A stretch of 64,000 nucleotides of DNA from Utricularia gibba (GCA_002189035.1 NEEC01000027.1:1-64000); one strand, 5' to 3'; counted from the first letter of the stretch, positions 46,123 through 61,000 are shown. Notes: generated from the sequence alone by a model not told the origin. Numbers and translations are program-made.

Positions 46123-48874
46123 AAAATGAAATCAAATCTCTTGCCTTGTTTTTTTTTTCTTTTTGCGTTGGGAGATCGATTTCCCTTCTTGTTCTCGCAT
46201 AACAAAAAAAAAAAAAAGAAAAAAACAAGGGTATGCGTGGTTATGCTATTTTAAGAGAAATGAACATGGGAGCGTGAGTACGCCTTCCCGTGTGTTGTAA
46301 ATACAAACAAAGAGGCATTCTGGGGACCCAGAGAACATGACGCTCCTTATGAAGTTTAATGGAGTCAACAATAGCAAAAAACCATCCATTTTTCGAGATG
46401 ATTCCCTGACTCTGTTCAGCAGATCGATCGAGCTTGGTTAAAAATTTATGTTATTTACTAATTCATTTCCTTGTTGGGTCTTGTGATGTTCAGCATTTGA
46501 GTGGGGCGCCACTGGTCTGATCCTTCGTGGATATGATATTTCGAGCAGATGGCGCGATTGGATACAAACAAATATCAGCTATATAGAAGAAGACACCCAC
46601 CCATGTTATACTAAAATCCACTTCTCTTTCTTTTTTTCTTAGTTTGGGTTTGTGTGCATCTTAAGGCCCAATTTGTAGCTACATAAAGGCATCTTAAAGG
46701 AAGGCTCAGACCCACTCATGATGAGTGGCAGGATACGTCGGCCAGGACCCTGAACGCTGTTCAAAACGGAAGCTCTTACGTTGGGTTCATTCGTAGCAAA
46801 CGAGTTCAAGAGACCAGAGCCGTATGAATGGCCGGCCGGCTGGCCTTTAATATTCAAAGTGCCATTTGAAGATATCCAACACAGAGAAAGAGAGAAAGAG
46901 AGAGAGCAGAGTCGGCAGAATGTATTATGCAAAGGCTGTGGGTGATGAGAACAGTTGCATATCAAAATTCAACGTGCCGACAACCAGATCTGACGCTGTT
47001 TTCTACGCCTCCTTCCATTCTTTATTTCTTGTTTCATCAGTCTATTCAGTGTTACGTCGGTAACGAATTCAAAAAAAAAAAAAGGAAAAGGCATATCGGG
47101 GGAGTATGCATCAAAATCATCAATCCACTTGGCTTCTCCTAACCATGCGCATGCACACCAGCGTACATGGGAGTCAGGGGTTAAATGCCCAACCCTGGAT
47201 TTGAAACGTAACCGGATCGGATCGGATCATCTTCATATTTAATCCCAAAGACAACCTCTTCGTCTATCAATCGTTTCCCCGACTCGGCATCCTGATGAAA
47301 TGAAAATAACCCAAGGGTGATCACACATGATAAAACTTAACTTGAGTTGTCACTCCTCACAACAGGCGAAAGCAGAAAGGCACTCCCCCAAAAAGTATCC
47401 GTCTTTATTGAAATAATGGCAACAATTAATGACGGTGGGTGGTGCGATGATTGATCCAAGTTGTAATTTTTATGCCACCACTAGCACTACCAGGTCGGGG
47501 ACTACTACTGTTTACCCAGCACTCCGCGCATCCTAATCCAAGACCCAGTTGGTGGGGTGGGAATTGGGATTCCTCCTCTAACAAATGCAATGCAACCTTC
47601 TTCGCTCTATTGCCTGTTGCCGGACCGCATTGTTTGAAAAGGGAAACCCAGTATTGTCTTTGTAAGTCCAGAAGGAAAAAAACTTTCAAGTACACAGAAA
47701 ACAAAATTCACCCCTTTCATGTTACAGACGCTGGAAGGAAAGAGTTAGGATCCAGTGACACGTGTCGAAGAGACGCCGAGTCAGTGTGAATATACGATGC
47801 GCATTGTAACAGTAATATATGATTGATCCATGGATGGATCACACTCTGCCCCAATCTGACCCTTTGTCCCCACAGACATGACAATTACATCTGACCTAAG
47901 GTTTTGTAATCTGTCCACTGCATTGAAAAGCATCCAATGAAGATGGCCGCCCTGTCATACCAATACCATGTCCACGGCCATGGGGTTGTCGTAAACTACG
48001 TGTACCCTCGCATTGCATACGCACCCATCCTATGAAATTCACATGCAGGCTTTATTTTAGATGACGCAGGCCCATCGGGGCTGTCTCCGCAATAACTGCA
48101 TCACAGCTTACCAAGTAGAATATCTCAGTTTCACTTAGAAGGCAGGGAGGAAGGAAGCGGCGGGTGTGAACACACAATTAAGATTAGAGGGGGGAAAACC
48201 TCACAGGGGCGAAACGGTGATTTCGCGTCAGCTGATCATTTACACGTCCCCGCAAATACGAGTGGGTGTGGTAGCCAGCCCCGCGCCCTGAGAAGGATTG
48301 ACGCAGATTGAGATTCTGTGACAGCCATCGCGAGACCTTCTCTACATCGCTTTCGCTTCTTTTGGCTCTTTGGCCCCGGACTAAAATTCAGGGGGAAATT
48401 TTCCGCTCGTGTTTGATTATTCCAGGACAAGAAACCCAGCTATTTCAGCAGGAAGAGTGGAATGCGTAGAACCATGAACGTAGGTGATGAGAAGCCACGG
48501 AACAAGTTTCCTACGCTACGGACAGATTCGATGATCGATCAACTAATCCATTGATAAAATCTGGGCACCTCTCATTATGATAGTCTTTTCTGCTTTTCTG
48601 CTTCCTTAGTTTCACATGACAGACAGGCACACTTTACTTCCGTACTCCAGTCATCTACTTTTACTGAAATGAAATTTCGACAGTAAAACTAAAACAGGGA
48701 TGCAGAATTAAAGCAAGCGCCAAGCGGGCCTTTATTTATGAAGAGGAGTACAGTGCAGCCTGACTTCCGGAATACACACTTGGTAAAAAAGGCAAATGAT
48801 AGTGAGTGAGATAAAATGGTAGGGTACAAAGAGGTAGAGCAAGAGGTTCCTTCACCTATGGCTACGCTCGCATC

Positions 48875-49597
48875 TCATCCACCACCAGATTCCGTCGTTG
48901 TCTCGAAGCTGCATGTGATACTAATCAGACTCCCACCGCCGCCGCTCACCTGCTCCGTGAAGTAGTCGCAAAAGTCTTTATCCCACCACGGGGGCTGCAT
49001 CCATCCCTCCGCCGAGCCAACCTCCTGAGTAAATTGGCTCCTGCAATCGTCGCTCTCCTCCAAAGTCGGCAGCTCAATTATCTCCCCCAGATCATCATCA
49101 TCCTCATCAGAACTGTCGTTAACCGTCTCCATTGAAGCCGCTCCTGAAATCGAAACCGCCGTTGATACGGAAGTGGAGGTAAGATTTTCATCTTCATCTT
49201 CTTCGCGGGCGGCGAGCGGCAGTGGCGGGGGGCGTGGAGGAGTAAGGGTGAGGCCTTCCATGGCGGCCGCCCTGGACGCGGCCTCTTGCACGTCTCTGGG
49301 CGAGAGGGATGCGGGCCGCGGGAGAGAGTCTCTGAGATGAGGGAAGTTGAGAACCGCGGAGACTCCCTTGATGCTCATGGCGGCCACGTCGTGGGCCCGG
49401 GCCGCCATCTCCGCCGTGGGATACGTTCCGAGCCAAATGCGCGTTTTCTTGCGTGGCTGCCGGATTTCCGAGACCCATTTCCCCCAGCTCCGCATCCTCA
49501 CGCCTCTGTAGACGGGGTGCTTAGTGCCACAGTCCTTGGGCCTCTTCTTTCCCCTCTTCTCCCCTCCGGTGCAAGGCTGCGGCCGCGGCTCCCCCAT
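48875..49597 (-). CDS. AP2/ERF transcription factor, DREB A-4 (TINY-like), single exon
   Basis: [67 protein letters not shown] and [11 protein letters not shown]. Confidence 0.94.
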   Translation of the reverse strand: MGEPRPQPCTGGEKRGKKRPKDCGTKHPVYRGVRMRSWGKWVSEIRQPRKKTRIWLGTYPTAEMAARAHDVAAMSIKGVSAVLNFPHLRDSLPRPASLSPRDVQEAASRAAAMEGLTLTPPRPPPLPLAAREEDEDENLTSTSVSTAVSISGAASMETVNDSSDEDDDDLGEIIELPTLEESDDCRSQFTQEVGSAEGWMQPPWWDKDFCDYFTEQVSGGGGSLISITCSFETTTESGGG

Positions 49598-51473
49598 GTT
49601 GCAATGATTCAGGCTTGGAGAAAGTGGTTAGATGCGGTTCACCACATGCCAAAGGTTCCGATGGGATGCGATTCCCCTTCCCTTGCGTTGCCTTGCCTTG
49701 AAAAATAAATGAAACGAGACAGGCAATTTATATACTCCCGTCCGACCCCGAAAAGTTTTTTATTATTTTGAAAAAAAAAAGAAGAAGAAATATAGCAATA
49801 ATATGCACAGCACAGCGGTGACGCTGATAATAATATTAACAATGACGCTTCACCGTCTTTGAATTGTGCCGGACGTAAACGACTCGCAGGCAGGCACTCA
49901 AGTAAGGGAAGGGCCTCAGGGCTGCACGCTGCTTTTCTGGATGCCCCTCCCATTCCCATTCAGCAGCAATGCCCTGATTTTCTCCTCTCCCCACTTTCAG
50001 GGTCTTCAGCAAGGAGGCCACCCCACCCATTTCCACAGGAAGGGAGGAAGGAAGTTGGTGAAACACTTGCACCGTTAATATTTTTTGATGTCGGTTAAAT
50101 TGAATTGTCGCTGTCGGGGACGAAAGCAGAAAAGAAGAAAGTCTAAAAGGTGTACGTTAGAAGCTTGAAACTGATTGATTGACTGACTGACGGGCTAAAA
50201 CAAAGGCCAAATAATTCATCTCATCGCATCTCATCTCCTGTGATGAAGAAGACCAGGACCAGGACCAGGGGGGGCGGGCGCAGCTGCTGCTGCGGATATT
50301 TGGTTGGTTCTACTGGGTGTCCCCCTCAACTCACGCTCGTATCACAATCTACTGGATTCACCCGAATCCCCGACCATAAACCGATCCAGTTTTTGATGGC
50401 TAGCTATATTTCGGTGCAAAATGTGGTAGCACAACACTAGTTGGTGGATGAATGATATACCAACTGCCGTCTTGATTGGTGGAATTTCTCCACCCTGCCT
50501 GCGCACAGGCACAGGCACAGCGCACCACCCACCAGATCCCATCGCGCAGAGGGTTAAGATTCATCCGCCCTCATCAACAGATTATAAAACGAAAAAATGG
50601 GCAGGAGAGGTCAAACACACCGGATGACAAATAAATAATAATAAAGATGACGGTGAGAAGAGTGAATATTTTTACAAGCAAGCAGTCCCAATGTGTCTCG
50701 GGGGTGGGGAGAAGAGATGGGCATTCCGGAATTGAATATGTCCCTTGCGCTGGACGAACAGCACACCGTCACTGTAGATGTACTCTAGGTGTACTATTTA
50801 CACGCTCTAGTCCCCGGTTCCCTTGGATTTGCATTCGCGGGCGGGCACGACGCTTCTCATTGAAAAGGCCATCGCACCACGCATCGAAGCCCCCATGTTC
50901 ATGTTTGCTCAGAAAAATCGATGGGGCATTAAGCACGGGCACGCCTTGCCTTGGTGTCGCAAGCAACATTCTTCACTGAAAACCAAACCAAACCAAAACA
51001 AAAATAGGGTGCCAGTGCGTGGCTGAGGGTACGGTCAAGCATGGTACTAGAAAGGAGGAGATAATGAAGGGTGAGACGTACCTTGCATAATCTGTCCAAA
51101 TCGACAGCACCTTCATCAACACCTGCCATTGCCCCAACCTCTACTAGTTTTCAGCCCGAAGCCCTGCTCAGATCTACTGGTCCGGGCTGGGCCGGGCCGT
51201 GTTACTACCATTCGTCGGGCTTTCGTAGACGAGCCCGTTGTAGCCCACGCCTATGATATCAACACATCATCCTTCAAGAGTTGAAATTTGTATGGTATTA
51301 TCAAGTACATTGATATTATCAGGTACATAGTAAATTGCAATTAGTTATGTTTAATGTGATCATTAACAATAGTTAATTCATACATATCCAAGGGGCGAGC
51401 GCTTGCTGGGCAATAATGTGCGAATTTAGTAGATTTTTGCTAAAACCCAGCCGGTTCTATTCATTACTACTAA

Positions 51474-53126
51474 TTACTGTACACCTGAAACGGAAAGAGA
51501 GAAGGCGCCGTTTTGATAGTGAGAATTTTGTGGAAGCCCCGCCGCTGCTGCTGCTTCCTTCACAGCCTGGTTATGGTTCCCCGCGGTGTTCCTCACTCGC
51601 CATACCTTGAGCACTCCGTCCAGGCTTCCGGTGCAGAGTGTGCAGCTCTCGTCTCCGATCTCATCGGAAAACCGTAACGGGAAGGCGGCGACGCACCGTA
51701 CCGGACTCCGGTGCCCTTCAAGCACTGCGATGCACGTGTGGAGCCCATCCACGCCACGGAACCAAACTCTGCTGGTCGCGTCCGCCGACCCGCTCACCAC
51801 GAAGTTGGCCGCGGTGGACAAACACATGACGGCGTGCGTGTGCCCCGCCAACGCGCCGCCGTACTGTTGCTGGCCAGAGAACCAGCTCTTGAGCCAGTAA
51901 TGAACGTAGCCGTCTGTACAGCCACCGTAGAGCACGCCCCCGTCGGAAGTGAGGGCGAGTGCTTTGACAGGGGAGTATTTGGTCGGGAGCGTTACGGTGA
52001 GAGAGTGGGGGCGAGCGCCGCTGCAGAAGTTACGCCGCCATACCCTGATTGTGGCGTCATCGGAAGCCGTGTAGAGGACGCCGTCCTCCGCCAAGGCGAG
52101 GGCGTTCACGGGCTCGGAATGGGCCTGGATGGTCTCCACGCAGCTGAAATCGGAGATCCGCCATACTTTGACCGTCTTGTCCAGCGACGCGGAGTACAAG
52201 ATGTCGTCCGCTGCATTTATCGCCAGCGACGTAATTGGTCCCAGATGTTTGTTCTGAAATACAAGGCAAAGGAAGGAAGGAAGGAATTACCCAACGGCCG
52301 GCCACGTGCATTATTTAAATGCCCCCCATAAAATTCTAAAAAAAAAATGGTAATAAATAAAACGCCCATCTTTCCTGAGAGTAAAATTGGATGCGTTAAC
52401 CCACTCGGGGAGGGGGTAGGGGATGCGGGACCATCATCTATCTAATCTAATCTCGCCAACCAAACCAAACCACCCGGTTGGGGCATTGCATTAATTGAAA
52501 GGATTAAATGGATGGGTTTACCCTACCGGTGTTCTCTCCCGGGCACCCGCGGCGATGTAGGTACGGACGAAGCTGCCGGCTGTGGGCATGGTCGCCACTC
52601 GGGTGTGGCGGACGACGCCTTCCCAGGTGCGACGCCAAACCCTGATCTTGGAGTCCGCGTACGCTGCGTACACCTTGTCGTTGGACACCTGAATGGCGAG
52701 CACCATGCTGGCCTTGGTCTTCAGCTGCCCGAACTCCGCAAACTCCGGCAGCTTCCATATCCGTACCACGTTGCTGTGGGCCCCTGTGTAGACCAGCCCG
52801 TTGGACGCCGCGACGCACAGGATCTGCCCATCCTTCTTCAGCACCGACGAGGACAGGCACCGGTAAGATTCCGGCGCTTCTTTCGCATCGCCGTGATGGT
52901 CGGCACCGGCGGGCTTGAAGGACAAGGAGGAGGGCGGCGGCGTGGGGAGCTGGAAGTCGAGAGGCGCGGCGGCGGCAGCGGCGCTGAGCCTAGGAGGGAC
53001 GGGGAGGCATGAGGCGGCGTCGTGGCGGGGGCGTTCCTTGGTGGAAATGCTACGGGAGAAGACGGGGTTGTTGCCTCTGATGGCGAAGGAAGGATTGGGA
53101 GGGCCGTCCTCCAAAGATGAAGCCAT
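51474..53126 (-). CDS. WD40-repeat protein, JINGUBANG / myosin-heavy-chain-kinase-B-like, 2 exons (459 aa)
   Basis: Exon 1 53126-52527 (600 nt) and exon 2 52253-51474 (780 nt) join in frame. SASLDKTVKVWRI, TASDDATIRVW, GHTHAVMCL, VSGSADATSRVW and TGSLDGVLKVW. Confidence 0.92.
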
Positions 53127-54065
53127 AAACTCACGAACAACAACTGCCTAATAATACCTTGCTGCTTTCCCTTCCCTTCCCCTTCTCTCTGTCTAATGCA
53201 ACACCGCCTCCCCTCCCAACCGTTTTATCAAAGCACAGCAACCACACCCCAGAAACTTATTTCTTCTCCGCTCCTCCTGTCTGCGCAACACAAGATAAAA
53301 AAAAAAGAAAAAGGCATCCAATCCAGTGCGCGGGTCAGGACTGGCCTGGCCTGGCCCCAATAATGCTGCGTGGTATAAGTGTGGCCATGATGGGGTAGGG
53401 GTACGGTAGGCCCCTAAGACACTGCTCCACGTCATCCCGATTAGAAAAGAAAAGGTAATACCGAATGCTGCTGCGTATCTTAACTAAAATGAATCCCAAG
53501 TTATTTAGTTTGATTTATTTGGATCCCACCTCCCTCTCCCCATATTCATTCATCATTGTTAGCTCCCAGCAGGCAGCCACCGCACAAAAGGAAAGACGTT
53601 TTTCTTTTTTGAACGAATGGAGAAGTTATTACTAGGGTGGTGGGGAGCGAGCGAGCGAGCATTTACGGAGTAGGCCTTGCGCTCTCCAAAATAAACCACA
53701 AGACAACTAACTCCTACCAGTACCATGCTCCTCCTTTTGAATTCTATTCTTTTTTTTATTTTTATTTTTTCGCGAGTCCGATGGCAGACCCAGACCCTTT
53801 GCTTTCGGGTTACACGTCTGCATTTGGGAAGAGGGCAGAGCAGAGCAGGGCAGGGCAGGGTCCCCTCCCTTCGTGTGGTCGGTTGGTTACTTGGAGGGAG
53901 GCAGGGGGCAGGCACTTGGTCCACCACTCCCCACTAAAACTCCACAAACAAAAACAATTGGATTGAATTGAATGCAGCAACTTTTGATATTGAGACTGAG
54001 TCTGCGCTCCCACACATTATTCTGTACAAAAGTTGAAAGCAGTGTGCCCGGCTGGCTACCCAACT

Positions 54066-56645
54066 CTACTCTGTGGGGGCAAGCGTTATTTCAATCTCTT
54101 GCAAGGATTTCCCTTTGGTTTCCATCACGTTTCCACGGACGAACACCACAGCAATCAAGCAAAAACTGCCGAACATCGAGTACAGGTACTCAGGGCCCAA
54201 CACCTCCAAAAGCCGGAGGAATAGCAATCCCACAAAGAAATTGACCACCTGTTTGTTTCATTCCTGTCATGCATGCTTCCGAGTCAAGGCAGGAATGCCA
54301 CAAGAGGAGAAGAAGACATACCCAATGCACAGCCATGCAAAGAGCCATTGCCTTGGCCCTGATTCTGTTCGGGAATATCTCTGATAATAGGAGGCTTGGA
54401 ACCGGTCCTGCGCCTAGAGCGAACGTGAAGACAAACCTGGTACATACATGTGAAGGGGAGATGGGATCACACTACATTTTTCTGAAATGATCTATTCTGC
54501 AACTTCACATAATTCAACTCACATAAGCATACTTCCGACTGATAGGTACAGTTTTACAGAACCGGTAAAAAAACTGCTTCCTGCAAGAACCTGGAAACCC
54601 ATAGCCACTGCCTGGAAAAATGGATGTCAGGTCAACAGAGCACTAAACGCTTGCATTCAAGTTGTTCATCCGATACTGAATGAGTTCTACTTGCCATCCA
54701 AAAGAAGCTCCACACCAAAAGCAGCTTTCTGCCTAATCTATCCATCAAAATCATAGCAATAACAGATCCTGAAGAAAACATGCGAGGTAAGCTATAGATA
54801 GTTTTCTGTGAATCAAGTGGCATTCTGTTTGGAATGAAGTTTTCTGACCTGAGATGTTCACGATACCAACACATATGTTTCCAATATCTGAAGGTACCCC
54901 AGCACTTTTGAATACTGCTGAGGAAAAATAAAATATAGCATTTATGCCAGACAACTGTTGCAAGGCAAAGAGAACTGCTCCAATAAACACCACTGCCAAA
55001 AAAAAAAACAACGAATTCATTGAGGAGAAAAAAAGAATCCTTGTGCTTTGAACTTGCAAATCATACCTCTAGAATCATGTCCTCGGATCAACTCTGAAAA
55101 TGTGATAGCATTGCCGTCAAACCCCTTCTCTGAACTTGATAGGTCAGCCATTGCAGGCTTAACATGTATTTCCCCAAGAAGCCTCTCTAGTTCCTCTTCT
55201 GTCTCAGAAATTCTTCTTTTCTATGTCAACGGAAAATGCTAAGCTAGTCAAGAGGGGCATGTCGATCACAAAGCAAGGAAACTAGCACAGAAAGAAGACA
55301 AAGCATTAAAAAATAAAAAAAAGCGCGAAACCCTTCATGCTTACAAAAGGAATAGTAGTCTAATCTCAAGGAAATATAACACGAGGCACACAACCTTGAA
55401 AAGCCAGTTTGGGGACTCCGCAGAAAATTCCATCAGAAAAGCTAACATACCAGCAGGAATATCAGATACCCAAAAGCAAACTCTCCACCTGCAGGAACAA
55501 TACAATCGTAGGCTCTTTAATTAGAAAATACCAAGGAAAGATGATCCGCCATTTGGCAATTGTTGAATTTCCAGTTTCATACCATCCCATGATATCTTTT
55601 GTTGGAATACCAATGAAGAGTGCAGTCATTAGTCCCAGGCATGTTGCGATCTGAGGGAAGCTCCCGTATGTGCCCCTCACAAAAGCTGGAGATACCTGTT
55701 TTTGTAACTCAAAGAAAAAGTTCTCAGAACTGCAGATCAAAGAACTCTAAACACGTTATTCTTTGGAAAAAGAAGGTGAATGACATAGTTCATGCCTCTG
55801 AAACATAGAGAGCAGCCACCGGAGGGCCCAGACCCATCCCAGTTCCTACTAAGAATCTTCCGAGAAGCATACCTCCAAGACCATCTGTTGTAGCACTGTT
55901 TTTTTCCCAACAGTAAATGTGTAGGATTAGATTCATAGATGTGAAGATGTTCAAAAGCTTTATCCTTTTATTACTCGAGTTCGTGTAAATAATCAACAAG
56001 GCCAACCTCAAAGAAGCACCAATAATCATAGGCAACGCGCACAACTGGAATGCCCGTCTGCTACCAAGTCCATCGGATATCCAGCCACTAAATACAGAAC
56101 CAAGAAATGCACCTCCTAAGCATGCACTCACAACCAATCCTTTAAACAATATAAAAAAAACTTTTGTTAGAAAAAAAATACTCAAGGATGAATTGCATTT
56201 TGATAATAATTACTGAATCAAGACTCAAGTACCTTCAGCTATAGTATTACCACTGAAGCCTAGGTCCACAGATATGGTCTCCATTGTGTCGTTAACAACC
56301 CTGAATATATATTATTCGTTGAACAATCAATACATTCTCATCTTGCAGCCTGCTTGAATGACGAAGAAATAAAAAAAAAGGCCAAACCCCAGATGATAGC
56401 CAAATAGAAATGAAGAAATAGTTGCCACCAGCACGTGGGGCAATGAACGCGACCACGAAGGTTTTCCTACGTCTTTACGCCCACCATTGTGATGCTGCCC
56501 TGAAATTCCATATTGAATGCACAGACAAGTAACTAATACTACACTGATCACATTCCCCAGATACAAAATGTGAAGCCAGCCACTGACCCGAGAGATCTCT
56601 TTCCACCTCAGCCAACCGATCCTTCGAAGCTATACGCCTTTGCAT
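54066..56645 (-). CDS. MFS sugar transporter, plastidic glucose transporter 2/3 (SGB1)-like, multi-exon
   Basis: PSWSRSLPHVLVATISSFLFGYHLG, VSPAFVRGTYGS, QQLSGINAIFYFSS, MDRLGRKLLL, GAGPVPSLLLSEIFP and ETKGKSLQEIE. The start is the first in-frame ATG I could find; an upstream exon is possible. Confidence 0.9.
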
Positions 56646-57131
56646 CGAAAAGTTGCCAGCTTGCACGCTTCAAGTAAAAAATGGAAGCCGTGCTCTAATA
56701 GCAAGAAATTGAATTTATCCCAAATAAAATATCGATTTTATCATAGGATCAGACAAACGGCCCGAAATACATACACACACAAAAAAAAACATCCGAAGAT
56801 TCACACGCCTGATCTCCAAGATCTAGTTGCAAAAATCATGTGGCGCAAGAAAAAATTCCTCCGTCATGCAGATAAAATCGTCCCCAATAGAGTTATCGGC
56901 ATAAAAGTGCCTAAAAAACGGCATAGTCCCAAGTCCCCAACGACTCCATAATCCAACATGCAGAACACGCAGGCATCTTTTACACGTGAACAAGCAAGCA
57001 AACACAAAGGGGAGCGTAATGAAAATGTAATCACCTTTCGTGTGAGAGACAGGCTGCAATCGCAGGAAATGGAACAATATCATCAAATGCAGGCTTATTT
57101 TAGCCTGGAGGCCGTTATCGTGCCTACGGTT

Positions 57132-57154
57132 GGGGGGGGGGGGGGGGGGGGGGG
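57132..57154 (+). repeat. G23 homopolymer
   Basis: 23 consecutive G in the divergent interval between the sugar transporter and HMA5. Confidence 0.9.
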
Positions 57155-58035
57155 CTCTGGGATTGAGGAGCATTAAGCCCGGGAGGACACCAAAAAACAA
57201 CAGAATTCTACATTTACGAAGTCAGCGCGCTGGTTTATTTAATATTTATCAAGTGGGGCATACGAGGCATGGGAAATGTGAGATGCAGGCGGCGGCGGCG
57301 GTATTGCATTTGTCACCATTTTACTTCATTTAATGACTTGCTCAGGTAGGAGTCGTATCATACGATGGAGCGAGACAAGCCCAAGGCGGCCCCAAGGAAG
57401 AGAAATTGTATTTGTGGAGCACACGTAGCCAAGGCTCCTTTTTGTTTGTTTGTTTTTTTTTTTTTTTTCTGGTCATTGGGATCTGACCGTGATTTCAAAA
57501 GCTGGCCCATTATCTTCCTTTCCCTTCCCCAACAGGTTGAAACAAGATCACTTCGTTTTGTCCCATTTGACTGGGTGGGCTGGCCACCACAAGCTTTCGG
57601 CTTGCTTCTTGATAACTTCGTAGGACCTCTCCAGGTAATATAATGAATGGGTGGGATGGGAAAATTTTTACCTCGGATGGGCGTTTTCAATGAAATGGCT
57701 AGAAAGAGGCAACGAATGGCGAATATCATCTACTTCCATGGTTGGGTCGAGGCGTAAAGGCGCAGGAGATAAAAAGGCATTTCCAGAAAAAGGTGTACAC
57801 TAACAAGGACGCGAGCGAGCCTCATCATTCATCCGATGTGGTATTGCGTGTACAGTGGGTATGGCATTCCTGCAGCACGAGTTAGAGCGGTGGTCCAGAT
57901 TCAGGGGGGAAAGAAAAAGAAAACAGAGTCGGTTGGCTACATGGACATGCACTAGCACTGGCACAGTATGCATACGGGAGCAACCATGTGGTTGTATAAA
58001 TACCGGAGCATGCATGTATACCCGTATGCTCTAGG

Positions 58036-61000
58036 ATGGCTGAGAAAATCCCAAAGTGGGGAAGACGCTTTTCGCGACCGCCGATGCCCATGTTTCCCAA
58101 ATCCGGCATCCTCGAGGACGAGGAAAATTGCATCAAGGAATCCCAGGCGAAGGCCTTTTTCTCAGTCCTCGGGATGACATGCTCCGCCTGCTCCTCCGCC
58201 GTGGAGAAAGCTGTCAAACGTCTCCCCGGGGTCAAGGAGGTCGTCGTCGACGTTTTGAACAACCGCGCCCAGGTTACGTATTGCCCCGGCTTTGTGGATG
58301 TAAGTCCATCCTCCTTTCCAGCCTCTTCTACTTTTTCCTTTTTGGTTTGCTGATTTTCTTGGAGTAAAAGCATAAGTTGATGGGGCAGGAAATTTCTGTG
58401 AATTTTACTGACTACCTGGAATGGAACATCACATATATTTGTCCTGTTTTCTTTTCTCTACTCTCATAGCCTAACCGCAAAGGCACATTTTTTGGTGCAC
58501 CACTTGTTTGTTTGATAATGGATTTTTCTCAAGAATACATTCTGGGAGTAAAATGTCGTCTTTTCATAGGAGGAGACGATCCGGGAAACAATAGAGGATT
58601 CTGGCTTTGAAGCCCATGTAATTCCAGAAGAAAGTGCTGAAAAATTTACACAGGCCTGCAGATTCCATATTAAAGGATTGAACTGCGCATCTTGTTCACT
58701 CACACTCGAAACTTACGTTGGGGGCCTTGATGGAGTGAAAACAGCCAGTCTTTCCCTGTCTAACCAGCAGCTTCAAGTCCATTTCGACCCGAAAATCGTA
58801 ACCAACTTTGAAATCATGGATGCCATGGAAGATATCGGATTTGAGAGCAGTCTTATCAGCAGTAGCACCACCGTAAATCTTCACGTTGATGGCTTGGAAA
58901 CTGAGACCATGTTAAAAATGGTAATGGATACCTTGAGAGAAATTCCCGGAGTTGAGGAAGTTGAGTTCGAACCGCAGATGAAGAAGTTGTCCATTTCATA
59001 CGATCCGGATTCAACAGGGCCTCGAGACATTATCAAGGCCATTGAGTGTTTGGAGTTCGTGACCTTGAAAGTAAGCATGTATTCTGAAAGACAAGGGAGA
59101 AGGGATCAGAGGAAGAAAGAAACCGCACGATATTTTCAATCTTTTCTATGGAGCCTGGTTTTTACAATACCTGTTTTCATGACATCCATGGTTCTCACGT
59201 ACGTTCCTGCAGTCAGTCGTGCTCTGGAGTGGAGGATTGTGAACATGCTGACAGTCGGGGAGATACTAAGATGGATCTTAGCGACTCCAGTTCAATTCAT
59301 CATCGGTAGAGGATTCTACATTGGTTCGTACAAAGCGCTACGTCGTGGATCAGCAAACATGGATGTGTTGATCTTGCTGGGTACAAATACAGCTTACTTT
59401 TATTCAGTTTACTCCGTCCTGAAAGCTGCTGCTTCTCCGAGATTCGAGTCCATGGACTTCTTTGAGACGAGTGCCATGTTGATCTCTTTTATTCTTCTAG
59501 GGAAGTATCTTGAGGTTTTGGCGAAAGGAAAGACTTCAGAAGCCATAGAGAAGCTCATGAACTTGTCCCCTGATAAATCCATTTTGCTAGTCATGGACAG
59601 GGAAAAAAATGTGGTGAAGGAGGAAACAATCAGCAGTCAGTTGATACAAAAAAATGATTTACTAAAAGTTTTGCCAGGTGCCAAAGTGCCATGCGACGGA
59701 GTTGTTGTATGGGGTCAAAGTCATGTAAACGAGAGCATGATCACAGGGGAATCGAGGCCGGTGTGGAAGTCCAAGGGTGACTCCACAATCGGAGGGACAG
59801 TTAATGGGAATGGTTTTCTCCATGTTCAGGCGACAAGGATAGGATCGGAGAGTGCCCTTTCACAAATCGTCCGGCTAGTCGAATCAGCACAAATGGTTAA
59901 AGCCCCTGTTCAGAGATTTGCTGATCATATTTCCAAGTTCTTTGTTCCCCTGGTGCGCCTTGTTTTTTTTTCTCGCTCAAATATATTGATAGACTTCTTG
60001 TGCTTAATCTCATTTGCACCATGCAGGTCATCGTAACATCATTCCTTACTTGGTTTGCCTGGTTTTGCGCTTGGAAACTGAACCAGTACCCGAAATCATG
60101 GATCCCGTCTTCCATGGACGGTTTCGAGCTCGCCCTTCAGTTCGGGATATCGGTGATGGTGATCGCTTGTCCATGTGCACTGGGACTAGCCACACCAACC
60201 GCAGTCATGGTTGGCACAGGAGTTGGTGCTTCTCTAGGTGTTCTGATCAAGAGCGGTCAAGCATTAGAAGCCGCACACAAGGTCACTCACACAAACCTTG
60301 AGCTGCTTCTTTACAGAATCGCATTTTCTTTCTTTTTACAGAATATGAGCTACGGAACAGGTGAACTGCGTCGTCTTCGACAAAACAGGAACCCTTACCA
60401 TTGGCAAGCCAGTGCTAGTCAGCTACAAACTCCTGAAAGAAACAGACCTGCATCATTTCTTTTCTCTAATTGCTGCGACTGAGGTACTTGCATTTTTCTT
60501 CTTATCATGAAACTGAAACGCCATAAACAACTGTCTAAATTCCATCAGGCAAACAGTGAGCATCCATTGGGGAAGGCGGTCATCGAATATGCAGAGAAGT
60601 TCAGGCGGGCTGGCGAGGCGACTGATTGGCCCAAAGCACACAGTTTCGAGATGATACCAGGACATGGGGTGAGGGCAGTGGTTCAAGGCAAAGAAATATT
60701 GCTGGGAAATAAGAGCTTGATGGAAGAGCATAACATTTCAATCCCATTCGAAGCTGAGGAAACGCTAGCAGAAGCAGCAGGCCTGGCTCAGACAGGAATT
60801 CTAGTCTCTATTGATCAGGAGCTTCATGGGATCCTTGCTGTATATGATCCATTAAAACCCGAAGCTCGAAAAGTTGTGTCAGTTCTCAAGTCCATGGGAA
60901 TTGAAAGCTTGATAATAACAGGTGATAACCATGAAACAGCGCGTGCTATTTCGTCCGAAGTCGGGATAAGCACCTTCATCGCAGAAGCGAAACCGAACGA

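Noticed and set aside
47720-47811. TGTTACA...TGTAACA ends resembling a tiny solo LTR
   Set aside because: No 5-bp target-site duplication (TTTCA vs GTAAT) and only 92 bp long.
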